A DNA stretch of 64,000 nt from the NCBI RefSeq assembly GCF_006345805.1, contig NC_043001.1:78368001-78432000 (forward strand), in the 5' to 3' direction. Position numbers and translations under genes: made by a program. Below, one piece after another: positions 13,422 to 28,151 of the stretch; within the stretch, counting starts at the first letter, position 1; every line of letters starts with the position of its first letter. The notes below the pieces were generated by a model. That model had not been told where the DNA came from and did no database searches. It saw only the letters and a program-made list of their open reading frames with translations. The DNA is from Octopus sinensis (Eukaryota).

Positions 13422-13842
13422 TGTGCAAAGGCTGTATTCACTGCTATTTGGTATTGAGAAGAATTTTTGCTTTGAGCAATAAGTGTTAAAAACATTTGTG
13501 TTCTCATAGAAAATGAACATCAAAACAGGAGCAGCTGATATGTGATGCCTACCTAGGCCAAAACAAAATGTAATAAGGATAAGACATCGATGGTTCGAGT
13601 CTGAGCCATGACATCAGAGAATGGCCATATTATGAATATTGTCTTCTGTTTTCTTTTTAGTGTAGTGTCCCCAAACAGTAACTTTCTGTGGCTAAAATCA
13701 ATAACGAAATAATGTGTAGAGGATACCCCAATTTCCTTACAGAAATTCTCTCTGAATTAGTCTGGATCGCAGGTTATTCGTCAATGACAACTTCATAAAC
13801 CATCAATATTGCATAGATATCATCATATATGGTTTGAAATAA

Positions 13843-14053
13843 TGATTTCAAATGTTGGCACAAGGCCAGCAATTTCGGGAAGGAGCTAGTCGATTACATC
13901 AAACCAGTACTCAACTGGTTATTATTTTATCATCCTCGAAACAATGAAAAGTGAAGTGGACCTCATGGAATTTGAGCTTACAACATAAAGACGGACGAAA
14001 TACAGCTGAACATTTTGCCTGGCGTTCTAACGATTCAGCCAGTGCACCACCTT
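13843..14053 (-). mobile_element. SINE family A, diverged monomer
   Basis: ggcacaaggcc...cgattacatc...ggaatttgagct...ttttgcctggcgttctaacg; degenerate TSD tatg(g/a)tttga(a/c)ataa. Confidence 0.8.
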
Positions 14054-15133
14054 ATGATTTGACATAAAAATAAATGCAAAAATGCTTAATGTCAATGGAT
14101 TTGAAACACCTTTTACCAGGATGTGGGAGAGAAAGTCAACGGTTGAATAATTTCTTATAGAACTATTCCGATTGTATTGATAACGAATAGTAACAGATGG
14201 CCGCGTTTCAGGGAGGATGATTGCCTTTCCAAACCTAGGAAACTTTTTCTAATGAGGAGGCATTTAAGAAAAATAATCTTTTCAAACTTTCGCCATTATC
14301 GATGAGGTTTCTTATTTATTTGTCTCTTCCATATCCTTCGGAATTGTACGATTGATTCGTCATATTGTGTCATTTTTAAAGCAAGAAATATTTCTTTATT
14401 TTTTGTCAATAGTATATTTTAAATATATATAAAGCATTATTGTTACCAGCAGATATTCAGTGCAAAATAAAATCGAACATATATTAAAGAAAATGGCAAG
14501 AAAATAAAATAAAAACTGCACATATAATTTAAATCCTCAAGGTACTTCTAAATCAACGTATGTATATATATATACATACATACACATACTCACACACGCA
14601 CCCACGCATACACCTACACATCTATACAATAACACACATATGCATATGTCATTGTATACATGCGAAAATGTGCATAACCAACGGTGTATACATATAATGT
14701 ATATTTGTAATATATATTATACATATGTATATAAATATATATATATATCTATCTATCTATCTATATATATATATATATATATATACATACATATATATAT
14801 ACATATATATATATACATATACATATATATACATATATATACATTGCCCAAACACACAAATATATATATATAGGTATTCATACTTGTAAGTAATATATAT
14901 ATACACACATACACACACTTATGTATACATGAATCGTATATGAGAGGTTTCCAGAAGCCACCAACCTAAAAGTATTTGTCGCATTACATTTATGCACCCT
15001 ATATATAGTAGAGTTACATGCATATACAGACTCTATATACATAATATATACACACATATGTGCATATGTGCATAGGTAGGTGTAATTGCGTAGGTATATA
15101 TACATATATATATATATGTATGTGTGTGTGTGT

Positions 15134-15169
<36 letters not shown>

Positions 15170-15505
15170 AGATTGTAGGCATATATGTATGTATGTATTT
15201 ATACAGACAAATATATGTATCTGTGAAGGATAAAAGAGTTACAAAAATACCGAAAAAATCAGAAGATGGCACATTTTTTCTACGTTCAAATATTTTCTTA
15301 CTTTAAGAAATTTTATGAAGCTGTCACAGAATTCTGTTCAATTCTAATGAGCGGAAATTCTCGGTACTACTTTTCATAAAATGGTATTAAAAAAGCTAAG
15401 GAACTGGTTAAGAAAGAAATAGAGAGAAACTGAGTGGGGGAATGAAGATGGACTTTGCCTGTGCACTATGAATATACCATTATTCTATAAACATACATAC
15501 ATACA

Positions 15506-15539
<34 letters not shown>

Positions 15540-15684
15540 CATACCTATATATACACCCACGTACGTATATACCAGGTTTGTTTCTACAATATAAAGACAA
15601 TATACATGTATGTATGTGTATATACGCACATCCAGATACACTCACACATTAATTATGACAGACACATACTTACACATATATATT

Positions 15685-15718
<34 letters not shown>

Positions 15719-15720
15719 CT

Positions 15721-15777
<57 letters not shown>

Positions 15778-15857
15778 GTATATATATGTATACATACATA
15801 TATATACATATATACGTATCTATCTATCTATCTATATATATATATATAATTCATAGG

Positions 15858-15902
<45 letters not shown>

Positions 15903-15908
15903 TATATA

Positions 15909-16530
15909 CAGGGTGCATGAGTTATTTGTGGACATACCATTTTTGGGCCATTGCTGTACTTTTTGCTAACTCTGTATAATCTTTGTTTCAGAAAATAATA
16001 ATGTTAAGATCCTAAGCTTACTCAAGAAATGAACAGGCATACTGTTATTCTGGTTATATAGCCTGATCATAGCGAATTAGAAATATCTGGATTTTTAAAA
16101 TCTGCCAGATATTTCGTCTACAAAGTTTGAAAGGAGCTAGGGATTGAAGATGGAAACCTGTCACCAGTATCAACGCATAAAAATTATCATAATCGCTCTG
16201 AAATCATCAGAACACTTGCATTTATCCAGAAAGTTCAACAAACCTATTTCTTTATTACCCACAAGAGGCTAAACACAGAGGGGACAAACAAGGACAGACA
16301 TAGGTATTAAGTCGATTACATCGACCCCAGTGCGTAACTGGTACTTAATTTATCGACCCCGAAAGGATGAAAGGTAAAGTCGACCACGGCGGAATTTGAA
16401 CTCACAACGTAAGGCAGACGAAATACCGCTAAGCATTTCGCCCGACGTGCTAACGTTACTACGTGCTAATGTTACACTCACAAAAATTCCATGAGGTTAA
16501 TTGCAAAGGATCTCTATGTTTCAGAAAGCT
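15909..16530 (+). mobile_element. 5' part of a Tc1/mariner-superfamily transposon (N-terminal HTH region), interrupted by a SINE
   Basis: Begins ta|cagggtgc; decayed reading RHTVILVI*PDHSELEISGFLKSARYFVYKV*KEL...RSEIIRTLAFIQKVQQ [SINE] SMRLIAKDLYVSE, resembling DD37D/maT-type N-termini. Confidence 0.6.
16243..16460 (-). mobile_element. SINE family A with type-1 tail
   Basis: ctatttctttattacccacaagaggctaaacacagaggggacaaacaaggacagac...gtcgaccacggcggaatttgaactc. Confidence 0.88.
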
Positions 16531-18434
16531 TAGGGTTAGTGTTATATATAGTGTCTATGTTTGGTTGACGTAGTATGATAAAAATCGAGCTAATCTTAGA
16601 GGCGCGTGGTGTTTGATGACACATAGCAGTAGATAGCAACACATGTTACCCAGAAAGTTAACGGATTTGATGGACCCAATGATTTTAAACACATTTCCGC
16701 TTTTGATTTTCCATCCGCCGTTTTCTTTACTGTAAACAACATTAATTTTCATATAAATTTGCTTTTTCTATTTTCTCTTCTTCTTTGTCATTCAGCCAAC
16801 ATTAGGCCAATGAATGAAACGATGATTTTTTTTTTCCATATATATCTTCACAATGTTATTATAGTCTTTGCATCGCTGTTCGCATTTTTGCACCTTTAGT
16901 GTTATACTTTTAATCAAGGCTCATTGGGTTTTCCATTACTACGCTGTTCTCGTCCAACCAGATTATCGATGGATTTATGTCGCTCATCAACATCATCATC
17001 ATCATCATGAGCAGCTGCAACGAATACAACAATGTATACATTTCTTTAACTTTTGTTTCCTCCCTCCATTTCCCTTTCGTACGCCACTTTTTACCGTCTT
17101 CTCCTTTTGATTTCCTTCCCATTTTTATTGATTCTCTTCCGTTGTAAAGATACGCACAAACGCGCAGGTGCACGCATATGCTAATCCTCACATGGGCATC
17201 AATACAGTTATTTACTAACACACAAACTGACCTAAATATGCAAAATCGAAATCATGCAGAAAGTATTTTGAGACCTTAGTTTAAGATACAGTTCGGTTTA
17301 ATATCATGATCAAGCCTGTAGCTGCTTCAATTGTCGTCGAGCGGTTTTTAAAACCTGAAACACTGGTTTACTATTTAACACTACTCTAAGTCCTTGTGTT
17401 TGTTCCACGATTTTGAAATTTTTAGAAAAGCTTTGCAAAAGGACAAATGAGTTCCTCTGTCGAGGATGGTCCAAATACGCAAAAAGGGGGAGAACATACC
17501 GACGGGATAGTCACCGAAATAGATGGCACATATAGCGAAATGACAAAAAATAAAAACCCAAAGTGAGGACACTGATACACAAAGAGAAAACATAGTTACC
17601 GAAAGGAACGGAACGGAATACATACCACAAATGTATTGCCTGATATCCCAACAATGACGTCAATCCATTACTTTAAACTGTTGTTTATACATTGGTATGA
17701 ATGTGGGTTTAAATATCCCGTCGCCAAAATGTCATGACGACGTTGGGGTATGCACAAGTGTGTAGAATAGCATTACAGAAATGAATATTTGGATATGGTT
17801 ATCTAGGATAACCTTTCGCTGAATTAATATGTTCATACAGAACGTGCTCCACACTAGGCCAAACGTATGGACGATGTTAAACTAACACTGTAATCCAATC
17901 CAAACGATCAACGCTGTTAGCTACTCACTATTAACTGCTGATTGTCAACTGATTTCTTTATTTGGCACCACGGCCACTAACACAGACGGATACACTACAA
18001 GGACAGATACATCACCACAGTGGAGACATAAAACATAAAACGAATGAGAATGAATGTTATATAAAATGGGAAAAATGAAATGACTGCTTGGGCACCACTC
18101 CCATGCTGATTGTTAACTACCTACAGTTCAGACAGTTTCTTTATTCTATTGAAATACGTCAGTCCACTTTTCATTAGGTAGGGTGGTCAGGATCCTTCCA
18201 CAACATATATCGATGTCGGGAAAATTCAAGACCAAACTGGATTCGACTAGAGAGCATGAAAAGTCAGTGCAATGCATTGAATATCAGTAAATAACAGAGC
18301 AACTGAGAGTAACTTTACGTGGTCAATATAACCTCTAAGAATAGCAAAGTCCTTTTAATAACAGATATGACGGTTTCAAACTAAAAGGAACATTTGAAAT
18401 AGTATTCATCGATAACAACACGCCTTGTAGTAAA

Positions 18435-18775
18435 TGCGGGCATGGCTGTATGGTTGAGAAGCTCGCTTTCCAACCACGTGATTTCGCGTCATACTGCATA
18501 GCACCTTAGGCAGCTCCCGATTGAAATAGTCTTTGGCCGAGTAGTGTTCATGAATATGGGGGAAACATGTCGTATGTTCGTAGGGAGGAGTTTATATTTG
18601 TTACCCACAAAGCTGTTTGACGACGTTGGTTTCTTTACGTCCCCGTAACGTATCGGTTCGGCAAAGTAACAGTATTAAAAACACATAAATACTGCTGCGG
18701 ATGTCGCCTAAACTCTTTAAGGCTGTACTATAGCACTGTCACGGCCCAATGGCTGACAGGAGTAAAATATAAATG
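18435..18775 (+). mobile_element. SINE family B, diverged
   Basis: tggctgtatggttgagaagctcgctttccaaccacgtg...tttacgtccccgtaacgtatcggttcggcaaa. Confidence 0.7.
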
Positions 18776-19152
18776 ATAAAATATCGGGCGAAAGAATTAT
18801 ATGTGTGTGTGTGTGCGTGTGAAGGCGAGTGATTGGTGGTTAGGATATTCGAGTCACGCTCGTAAGGATGTGAGTTTCAATACCCGGTGACGCGTTAGGT
18901 TCTTCGGTGCTCCGAACCAATCAGGTGGCAAAAATGAGTTGTATATGCTTTTCAAAGTGTCTGTTAACTGTTAGGTGGTAACAATGAAACCTGCTATGTG
19001 ACTAATCATTATATTTTGTATCTTTTCATTTGTCTTGCTCGCTTACGTTCTGGCATTTGCTGAATGTTCTTGAGAACAATTTTATCTTAGTGGTCAAAAC
19101 CATATGTGGACTACATCTAGCATATCAGATGTCCACTTATTGGAGATCCATC

Positions 19153-19202
<50 letters not shown>

Positions 19203-19885
19203 TACATACATATATATATATATACACATACGTACACAGATACACACAGACAGAGACACACATAGATATAGGCTCACAAATCTTTTCACCATAATTCCCT
19301 TTAAGTCGGGCCCACCAGAGATGCAACTTCTGTACCGCCGACGACAACGCCAACAGAAACACTAATAACTCTATAACACACTGCACTCATTCAAGTGGTC
19401 ACATTTGAATCAAACATGCAACAGGCAAGTACACATTCTATTCAAATTTATTATGGCTTCCCAGTATAAAGAGAAAAGAACTAAACCATTAAAAAGATGA
19501 AAAAACAACAAAAATTAACTGTAAAAATGAGCCCCAAGTTCTCTATCACTTTAATTAAAACACGTCTTGTCACTGGCACACCACACAGCGTATATTCATA
19601 TTTTTCATTCGTTATACATATTTTGATGTATTCCGTGTTTATGTGTGTTTTTTTTATAAATTTTAATATAGAAAATTCCAATAGAAATTCTAATGGTAAA
19701 ATTGGCTACAATTGTATTTTTGATGCAGGCAAATGATTTCCGATTGCAAAAAAAAAACAGAAAAAGAAAAAATAAATAAGAAAAGTAAAAAAGGACAAAA
19801 GAAAGGGAAAAAAGAAAAAACGCGGGAAGATGTGAATAAGTGGACGAATATGACGTGCTGGATGATGGTTGAAGGATGATGATCA

Positions 19886-20433
<548 letters not shown>

Positions 20434-20437
<4 letters not shown>

Positions 20438-22957
20438 TAGAAGTCACTGCAGCACCAACGGCAGAAGAATTGGAAGAATTCTGGAGAGAAATATGGTCGG
20501 CGAACGAACCACCAAAAAAAAGGAGTATCAAAATAACAAACTCGGCATCTGAACAACTTTGGACCCCCATAACAACTGAAGAGGTCACCCAGGCACTGCA
20601 AAGACTAAGCAACTGGAAGGCATCTGGGCATGACAAGATCCCCAACTTCTGGTTGAAATATCTAACAGGAATGCACAAAAAGCTGGCTGAAAACTTTAAC
20701 AACGTACTAGCAGAGCCAGAGACAATGCCTGAATGGCTCACGAAGGGGAAAACCATCTTAATTCCCAAATTAAATGAAACGGAAAAACCAGAAAACTACA
20801 GACCAATAACCTGCCTCCCTACTATGTTCAAGGCATTTACTGCAGTGATATCACAAAGGCTGAACAAGCACCTGGACGAAAACAAATTGTTCCCAGAAGA
20901 GTAGAAAGGATGCCGCAAAGGCTCATATGGCTGTAAAGATCAACTAATGATTAATAAAGCCATAACTGAAGACAGCCACAGAAAGAAGAAAGGCCTCAGT
21001 ATGGCCTGGATTGACTACAAAAAGGCGTTTGATAGCATCCCCCACACATGGATCCTCGAAACACTAGCCATTAACAAAGTAGCACCAATAATCATAAAAT
21101 TCATAGAGCACTCTATGAATAAATGGCAAACAGTCCTACACCTCCAAACAAAAGAGGGACTCATGAAAACCGAAGACATCCCCATTAGAAGAGGAATATT
21201 CCAGGGAGACACGCTCTCTCCACTCCATTTCTGCTTGGCACTGTCACCTCTATCTGATATGCTAAATAGAACTGGATGCGGATATAAATGTTACGGCAAA
21301 ACGATCAGCCACCTTTTATATATGGATGACCTAAAACTATACGCTGCAAATGACAAACAGCTGGAAACACTATTAAAGACAGTTCATGGATTTACCAAAG
21401 AAATAGATATGAAATTTGGATTAGAAAAATGCGCCAAAGTAAGCATGAAAAGAGGAAAACTAGTTAAGAGTAACAACATCACACAAGATAAAACCAATGA
21501 AATAAAAGAATTAGTCCGAAGCCAAACTTACAAATACTTAGGAATCCATGAACTAGATAAGACACAACACACACAAATGAAAGAGAAAATAAAAGAAGAA
21601 TATTATAGACGAGTTAGATCAATACTAAACACAGAGCTCAATGCTAAAAAGAAGATAATAGGTATCAACACTTTAGCTGTCCCAGTTATAAGTTACAGCT
21701 ACAATATCCTAAACTGGACACGAAATGAACTGACCAAAATAGATAGGAAAGCAAGAAAAATAATGACAGGATCTAGGATGCATCCCCCAAAATCTGACAT
21801 AGAAAGACTATATATACAACGTACAGAAGGTGGTAGAGGCCTTATACAGCTGGAAAACTACTATAAAATGACCAAAAATATCTACTTCAGAAGGAAGGAA
21901 AACTGATCCAGATAGCGGCAAAACACGAGCAAAACAAAAAACTATTCTCGGTATTTAAGGAAGCTGACAAATACAAACAAGAAATCATACCACCTAATAA
22001 ACACGAAGAAGAAGAAAAAGATGAAGAAACAACAAAAGCTATAAAACAAATGAAATCCAAACTAAAAATAGAACAGCAACGAACCATGATAAAACGATGG
22101 CAAGAAAAGCCCCTTCATGGTAAATACTGGACTAAACTAAACGCAAAAGAAATAGACAAAGAAAAATCCCAGCAATGGTTGAGAAGCTCAGGAATCAAAG
22201 CAGAAACAGAGGGATTTTTAATTGCAGCACAACACCAAAGCCTCCCCACCAGAAATTAACCAAAAACATGTAATGAAAAGAAATATTACAAGTAACTGCA
22301 GAATATGTGGAGATGGACAAGAAACAATAAATCATATTATCTCTAGCTGCCCAGTCCTGGCTAAGAAGGAATATATTCACAGACATGACAGAGTTGGAAC
22401 CTACATACATTGGAAGCTATGCCAACATTATGGAATAACAACAGAAAAAAGATGGTATAGGCACACACCAGAAAAGGTCACAGAAAACGAGAAAGCAACC
22501 ATACTCTGGGATATGCCGATACACACAGATAGAGAAATAAGGCCAACAGACCAGATATAGTTTTCAGAGACCATGAAGAAAAAAATGCTTTCTAATTGAT
22601 GATCAATACCGGCTGATGACAACGTGTCTCTAAAAGAAATGGAGAAACTCTCAAAATACGAAGACCTGGAAATAGAGGTAACTAGAATGTGGAATCTGAA
22701 AACAGAAACAATTCCTATCATAGTAGGTGCATTAGGCATGATAAAAAAATATTCAGACAAATACATAACAAAAACACCAGGACTTACAAACACATATAAC
22801 ATACAGAAAATTGCACTACTAGGCACTGCACACATCCTACGCAGAACACTTTCCATACAATAACCATCAGAGCATCACAACAAATCACAGCACATACCCA
22901 AGGCACACAGAGCTGCGCTCGGTAGTGAAGTGAAAGCACGCTATAAAAATAAAACTA

Positions 22958-22960
<3 letters not shown>
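20434..22960 (+). mobile_element. R4/Dong-clade non-LTR retrotransposon, 5'-truncated, inserted in (TAA)n
   Basis: RT motifs NYRPITCL, WIDYKKAFDSIPH, RGIFQGDTLSP, HLLYMDDLKLY; zinc knuckle CRIC...HIISSC; RHDRV; RLE region KEMEKLSKY.DL; TAA tracts on both sides; few stops and frameshifts. Confidence 0.95.
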
Positions 22961-22992
<32 letters not shown>

Positions 22993-22993
<1 letters not shown>

Positions 22994-23203
22994 CTTTCCT
23001 ACTAGAAGCACAAAGCTTCAAATTTAGATGAAGGGATTAAGTGGATTACATCGAGCCCAGTGCGTAACGGATACTTATTTAATCGATCCCAGAAAATAAA
23101 GGGCAAAGTCAACCTCAGGGGGATGAACTTACAATGTAGCGACGGATGAAATACGACGAAGAATTTCGTCCAGTACGCTAAGGATCCTGCCAGCTCGCCA
23201 CCT
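22993..23203 (-). mobile_element. SINE family A, diverged
   Basis: ggattacatcgagcccagtgcgtaac...ggcaaagtcaacctc...gccagctcgccacct. Confidence 0.8.
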
Positions 23204-23279
23204 AAATAATAAAGATAAAATTTAAAATAATAATAATGTTAATAATAATAATAATATAATAATAATAATAATAATAATA

Positions 23280-23480
23280 ACAACAACAACAACAACGGCA
23301 ACAACGACGACAACGAAGACGTCGACGACGACAATGACGATGACGATGACGACGACGACGATGACGACGACGACGACGACGACGACGCCGACGATGACGA
23401 TAATGACGATGACGATGACGACGATGACGATGAGGACGATGAGGATGATGATGATGACAATGACGATGATTATGATGACG

Positions 23481-23520
<40 letters not shown>

Positions 23521-23601
23521 TAACGATGAAGACGACGACGACGACGACGATGATGATGATGCTGATGATGATGATGACGACGATGATGATGATGATGATG
23601 A
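23280..23601. repeat. Degenerate (GAC/GAT)n trinucleotide tract
   Basis: Direct inspection. Confidence 0.9.
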
Positions 23602-23817
23602 TCTTTTCTTCTCTAGGCACAAGGCACAAAATTTCGGGGGACGGGACTAATCGATTACATCAACCCCAGGGTTTCACTGATACTTAATTTATCTACTTGG
23701 AAATGATGGAAGGCAAAGTTGACCTCGGGAGAATTTGAGCTCAGAACATAAAAGACAGACGAAATACCGCTAGGCATTTCGCCCGGCGCGCTAAAGATTC
23801 TGCCTACTCGCCGCCTT
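23602..23817 (-). mobile_element. SINE family A monomer with type-2 tail
   Basis: ctctaggcacaagg...aaggcaaagttgacctcggg...gacagacgaaataccgctaggcatttcgcccggcgcgc...ctcgccgcct. Confidence 0.88.
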
Positions 23818-23968
23818 AATAATAATACTAATACTAATACTACTACTAATAATAATTATTGAACATTTCAAATGTAAAAATCAGAAAATCAGAAAAGACG
23901 TAGAGATACAAAGAAACAATATATACATAAATAACGACGATATATCTGGAGAATACTATATATATATA

Positions 23969-24045
<77 letters not shown>

Positions 24046-24417
24046 CACTAACCCCTATACGCTTCCTACACCACTCACATCTCTAATCCAGAACTACTTA
24101 CCTCCCTTACAAATAATCTTTTTTCTCGGGAACTATTAGACCTGACACCGTGTATTAACCGGTGTTGTTCAAAGGATGAATAGCTTTGCGTAACCATGGG
24201 CCGTTTTGTAGTCTTACTTTATTATAATCTTATAATCATCTATTAATAATGACTTTTATTTATTGTATTACTACCTCAGTCAATCTAAATATATATATTT
24301 GTCGTTACCTGTCATAAATAGCCTTTTTTTATTTGCAATGTGCATTTTCGTTGATTTTTCATATTTTACACTTACATTTCCGCGTGTATTTTATATTTTC
24401 TTTTCGTAACATATTTA

Positions 24418-24457
<40 letters not shown>

Positions 24458-24578
24458 TATATATATGCATATACATTTATATGTATATATATTCATACAC
24501 ACATGCATATATGTATATATGAATACATATCTATCTATTTATCTAACTATCTGTCCATGTATTAATATATATATAATC

Positions 24579-24610
<32 letters not shown>

Positions 24611-24634
24611 ATATATATATATATATATAATTAT

Positions 24635-25441
24635 ATGCCTCAAACAATATCAGAGACTGGGTGTAATTGTTGATGACGATCTCAGTTGGAGTGCACACAT
24701 CAACAAGAAGGTCGATATAGCTCGTAGGATGAGTTCCTGGATCTTAAGAACTTTCCGGTCTAGAGAACAAGGTGTCATCATACCAATTTTTTTCCTCCTT
24801 TGTACGGCCACACCTTGAATACTGCTGCCCACTGTGGTCTCCCCATACAAAACATCTCCAGAATTGAGTCACCCCAGAGGGCACTCACTAAACGAATTGA
24901 AGGCATGGCTGCTCTCGATTATTGGGATCACCTTAAAGCCTTGAAACTTTACTCCCTCCAGCGTCGCCGTGAGCGGTACATCATTTGTACGATGTGGAGA
25001 ATATACCGCCAACTTTGCCCAAACGACCTTAACATTAGCTTCAAGGTTCATCCAAGACTGGGACCACGAGCCATACGTCCCCTGCCCAATTCAAGATCAC
25101 AACATACATGTACACTGCAACATAATTTCTTTTCCTCAACAGGCCCTTCCCTATTTAACACAGTCCCTAGGGAGATCAAACAGGAAAAGGATCCCATCAA
25201 CTTTAAACGGAGTCTGGATAGATTCCTTCAAAGAATACCAGATAAGCCACCCATAATTGGATACAACTCACCCAACAAGAACTCACTACTTGAACAAAAC
25301 TTGATACAACTCACCCAACAAGAACTCACTACTTGAACAAAACTTGACTTAAACAGGATTCGAATAATCCTATCAGGTGGTGCTATTAAGTTAGACATGG
25401 CCTGGACCAATCTTTGGTCGAAACATATCTAAGTTTATCTA

Positions 25442-25446
<5 letters not shown>
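24635..25446 (+). mobile_element. CR1-clade LINE 3' fragment
   Basis: GVIVDDDLSWSAHI; VRPHLEYCCPLWSP; QRALTKRIEGM..LDYWDHLKALKLYSLQRRRERY; FKRSLDRFL; 3' stem-loop and (atctaagttt)x2 tail; ~43-bp tandem duplication at 25260-25347. Confidence 0.92.
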
Positions 25447-25487
<41 letters not shown>

Positions 25488-25897
25488 TAATATATATATA
25501 TATATATATAATAATATATATATATATATTTGTGCATATACATATATATATATATACGTATAAACATGCATACATGCATGCACACATACATACATCTAAC
25601 TGGATATATATCTATGTATGTATATATACATGGATACATGTACGTTCAAATATGAGTAATATGCGCATATACATGTGTGTATGTACATGGTCATGACTGC
25701 GTGTCTCAATGTGTGACTGCGAATCTGAGTTTTAGTCTGCCGACGCAATAATATTTCGAATAGATAAATTAAATTTTTGCTATTATTTTCCATCGGTATT
25801 TTCAAACACACACACACACACACACACACACAAATACAGAGGTAAACACACACACATACACACGCACACACACACACACACACACTCACACACACAC

Positions 25898-25935
<38 letters not shown>

Positions 25936-26494
25936 GCAACTTACACGTTCTTTCATGTGCTAAATCTAAAGAAATTTCTTTTTATAACATAATGCATCGC
26001 AGTGGATGAAAAGTTACTTTTCAAGCCATGGCACGTATATTGGTAAAGCCTACATCGCTAATAGAAAAATAACAGGTAACAGAAACACATAGGTCTATGT
26101 AGTCTAAGCTTTTAAGCGTGTGTTGTGTGTTGTGTGTGTGTGTGTGTGTGACTGTGCATCTATTAGTCCTAGTATGTGTGTGATTAAGAGTTCGTTTTAA
26201 GGATTTGTTTGTTTATGCAATGTTGACGAATTAAAATCTGAATTGCTATGAAAAGTTGAGATAGAGGGTCCCCCCGCCAAAAAAAAAACCAGGAAGAAAA
26301 AGTCACCGTAAAGAGTTAAAATAGAAGTGGATTTATAGAATTAAAGACGCATTGATATCCACAGAAAGATATACAGTCATATATTTATACATAGTCACAT
26401 GCATATGTTTGTATAAATGTTTCTGAGAAATATATTTACACGCACACACACACACACATACACACACACGCACACACACACGCACACACACACG

Positions 26495-26554
<60 letters not shown>

Positions 26555-27366
26555 AAGTAAAACGTGGGTGTGTGTTATGTATATATGGTTGCTTGTGTCA
26601 GTGGATAAATGTGAGTATATACTGAAAATGAAAACGCTTATAAATTCTTATTTAAATAGATAGCAAGTTTCTTAAAGTATAAATAAAAGATTTAATGCAT
26701 AAAGAAATATATTTTTAATGTAGGTATGGAATATTAATAATTTTATATATGTTTACTTCGATGTGATTTGAGAAACATAATCAAAATGATAAACAGAAAA
26801 ATACGCGTCGGTGACGTTGGCTTTGTTGTGTTGGACACGTAAGAGAATGTGTAGGAAGGAGAGGGAAAAGTGTTAAAAATAAGTATAATATTACATATCA
26901 AATATTTAAACATACATAAAGCTATATATACATATGTAAATATATATATATTGTGTGTGTATATGTGCGTATATTTGCTTAAACTGCAAACTAATACAGC
27001 GAATGTTCGTGGTGTTCAGTGGGGTTCATTATGTTGCAGATGATGATGATGATGATGATGATGTTGATGATGATAGAGCTTGATGGTACTGACACGTATT
27101 ATTGCAAAACTTTCTTGTGCATTCTTCCATCAACAGTTTTATGCAGGAGTTAATGTTCCACCCAAAACCGTTATTACTTGTTCATGAAATCATCACTAAA
27201 TGACATATAGAACAGCTATAGTTAAAAAATAGTCATATATGTCAGTGTCTACATATTAACGTATTTTTTTTTATAAGTGCGACTGTGTGACGGTGGCCAA
27301 ATTGAAGAAATTTTCGCAAGAACATCGAGAGGGGATACAAAGTATAGCACCAAATTATCTTCAATA

Positions 27367-27829
27367 TGCGATGGTATCAAAAATTTCTGTAGCATCCCAA
27401 CAGATGGCACCACATATTTGCGTGCACAGTACGAGCTAACAGTGACCTTCATAAGGCAGTGTGCTGAGTGACATCACTGTTTTTAGCATGCAAGTTGTGA
27501 AATTTGTGTTTTTGTGTATGCTGTAATCAGATTTTTTCATGCGCAGGAACGAAGAACCCTCTGCGGATTTCCATCTCTTCCCCATGATGAAAACGCAGCT
27601 TAAAGGTCGCCGTTCTAACGACGAGATCTCTAGTTGTCGAGACCCAGAGCCAGTGGCTGTAGGCCCTCGACTCGCTTACCGAAAACGACCTCTTGGCCGG
27701 ATTCCAAACCTGGCAGGAAGGCTGGGACCGATGTATTGTCTGTTTCAAAGTAGATGGTGTTTAAAGTTAAGTAAATAAGTCATTTTCTATTAAACATTTC
27801 TAGTCCGGGAACCATTTCATACTCACTCG
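27367..27829 (+). mobile_element. Internally deleted mariner derivative
   Basis: PSADFHLFPMMKTQLKGRR (mariner APxDFHLF motif); degenerate TIRs ta|tgcgatggtatcaaaaatttc and ggaaccatttcatactcactcg|ta. Confidence 0.75.
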
Positions 27830-28151
27830 TATATGAAGTTAGACTAAAATAATTATGTTACAGATTAAGTAAAAACAATTTAATAGAGTTAAACATAGGC
27901 TTAGGGATAACTGTGTTATTAAGAGACTCGCTTTATTTGCAGCAGTGTAGTTGCGGATTTAGTTTGACAGCACGCCGACTTAAGAAAATATACTCTACTG
28001 CGTATTATATATATATATATACCCGTGGGCTAACAACAGCTTGTAGGCTAATGGAGTAGACGGAAACTACGCAAGAAAACCCGTTGCGTACGCCCGTGTA
28101 CATATTTATCTATACATGAGTGTATGTGTCAGTTTGTGTGTATATATATAA

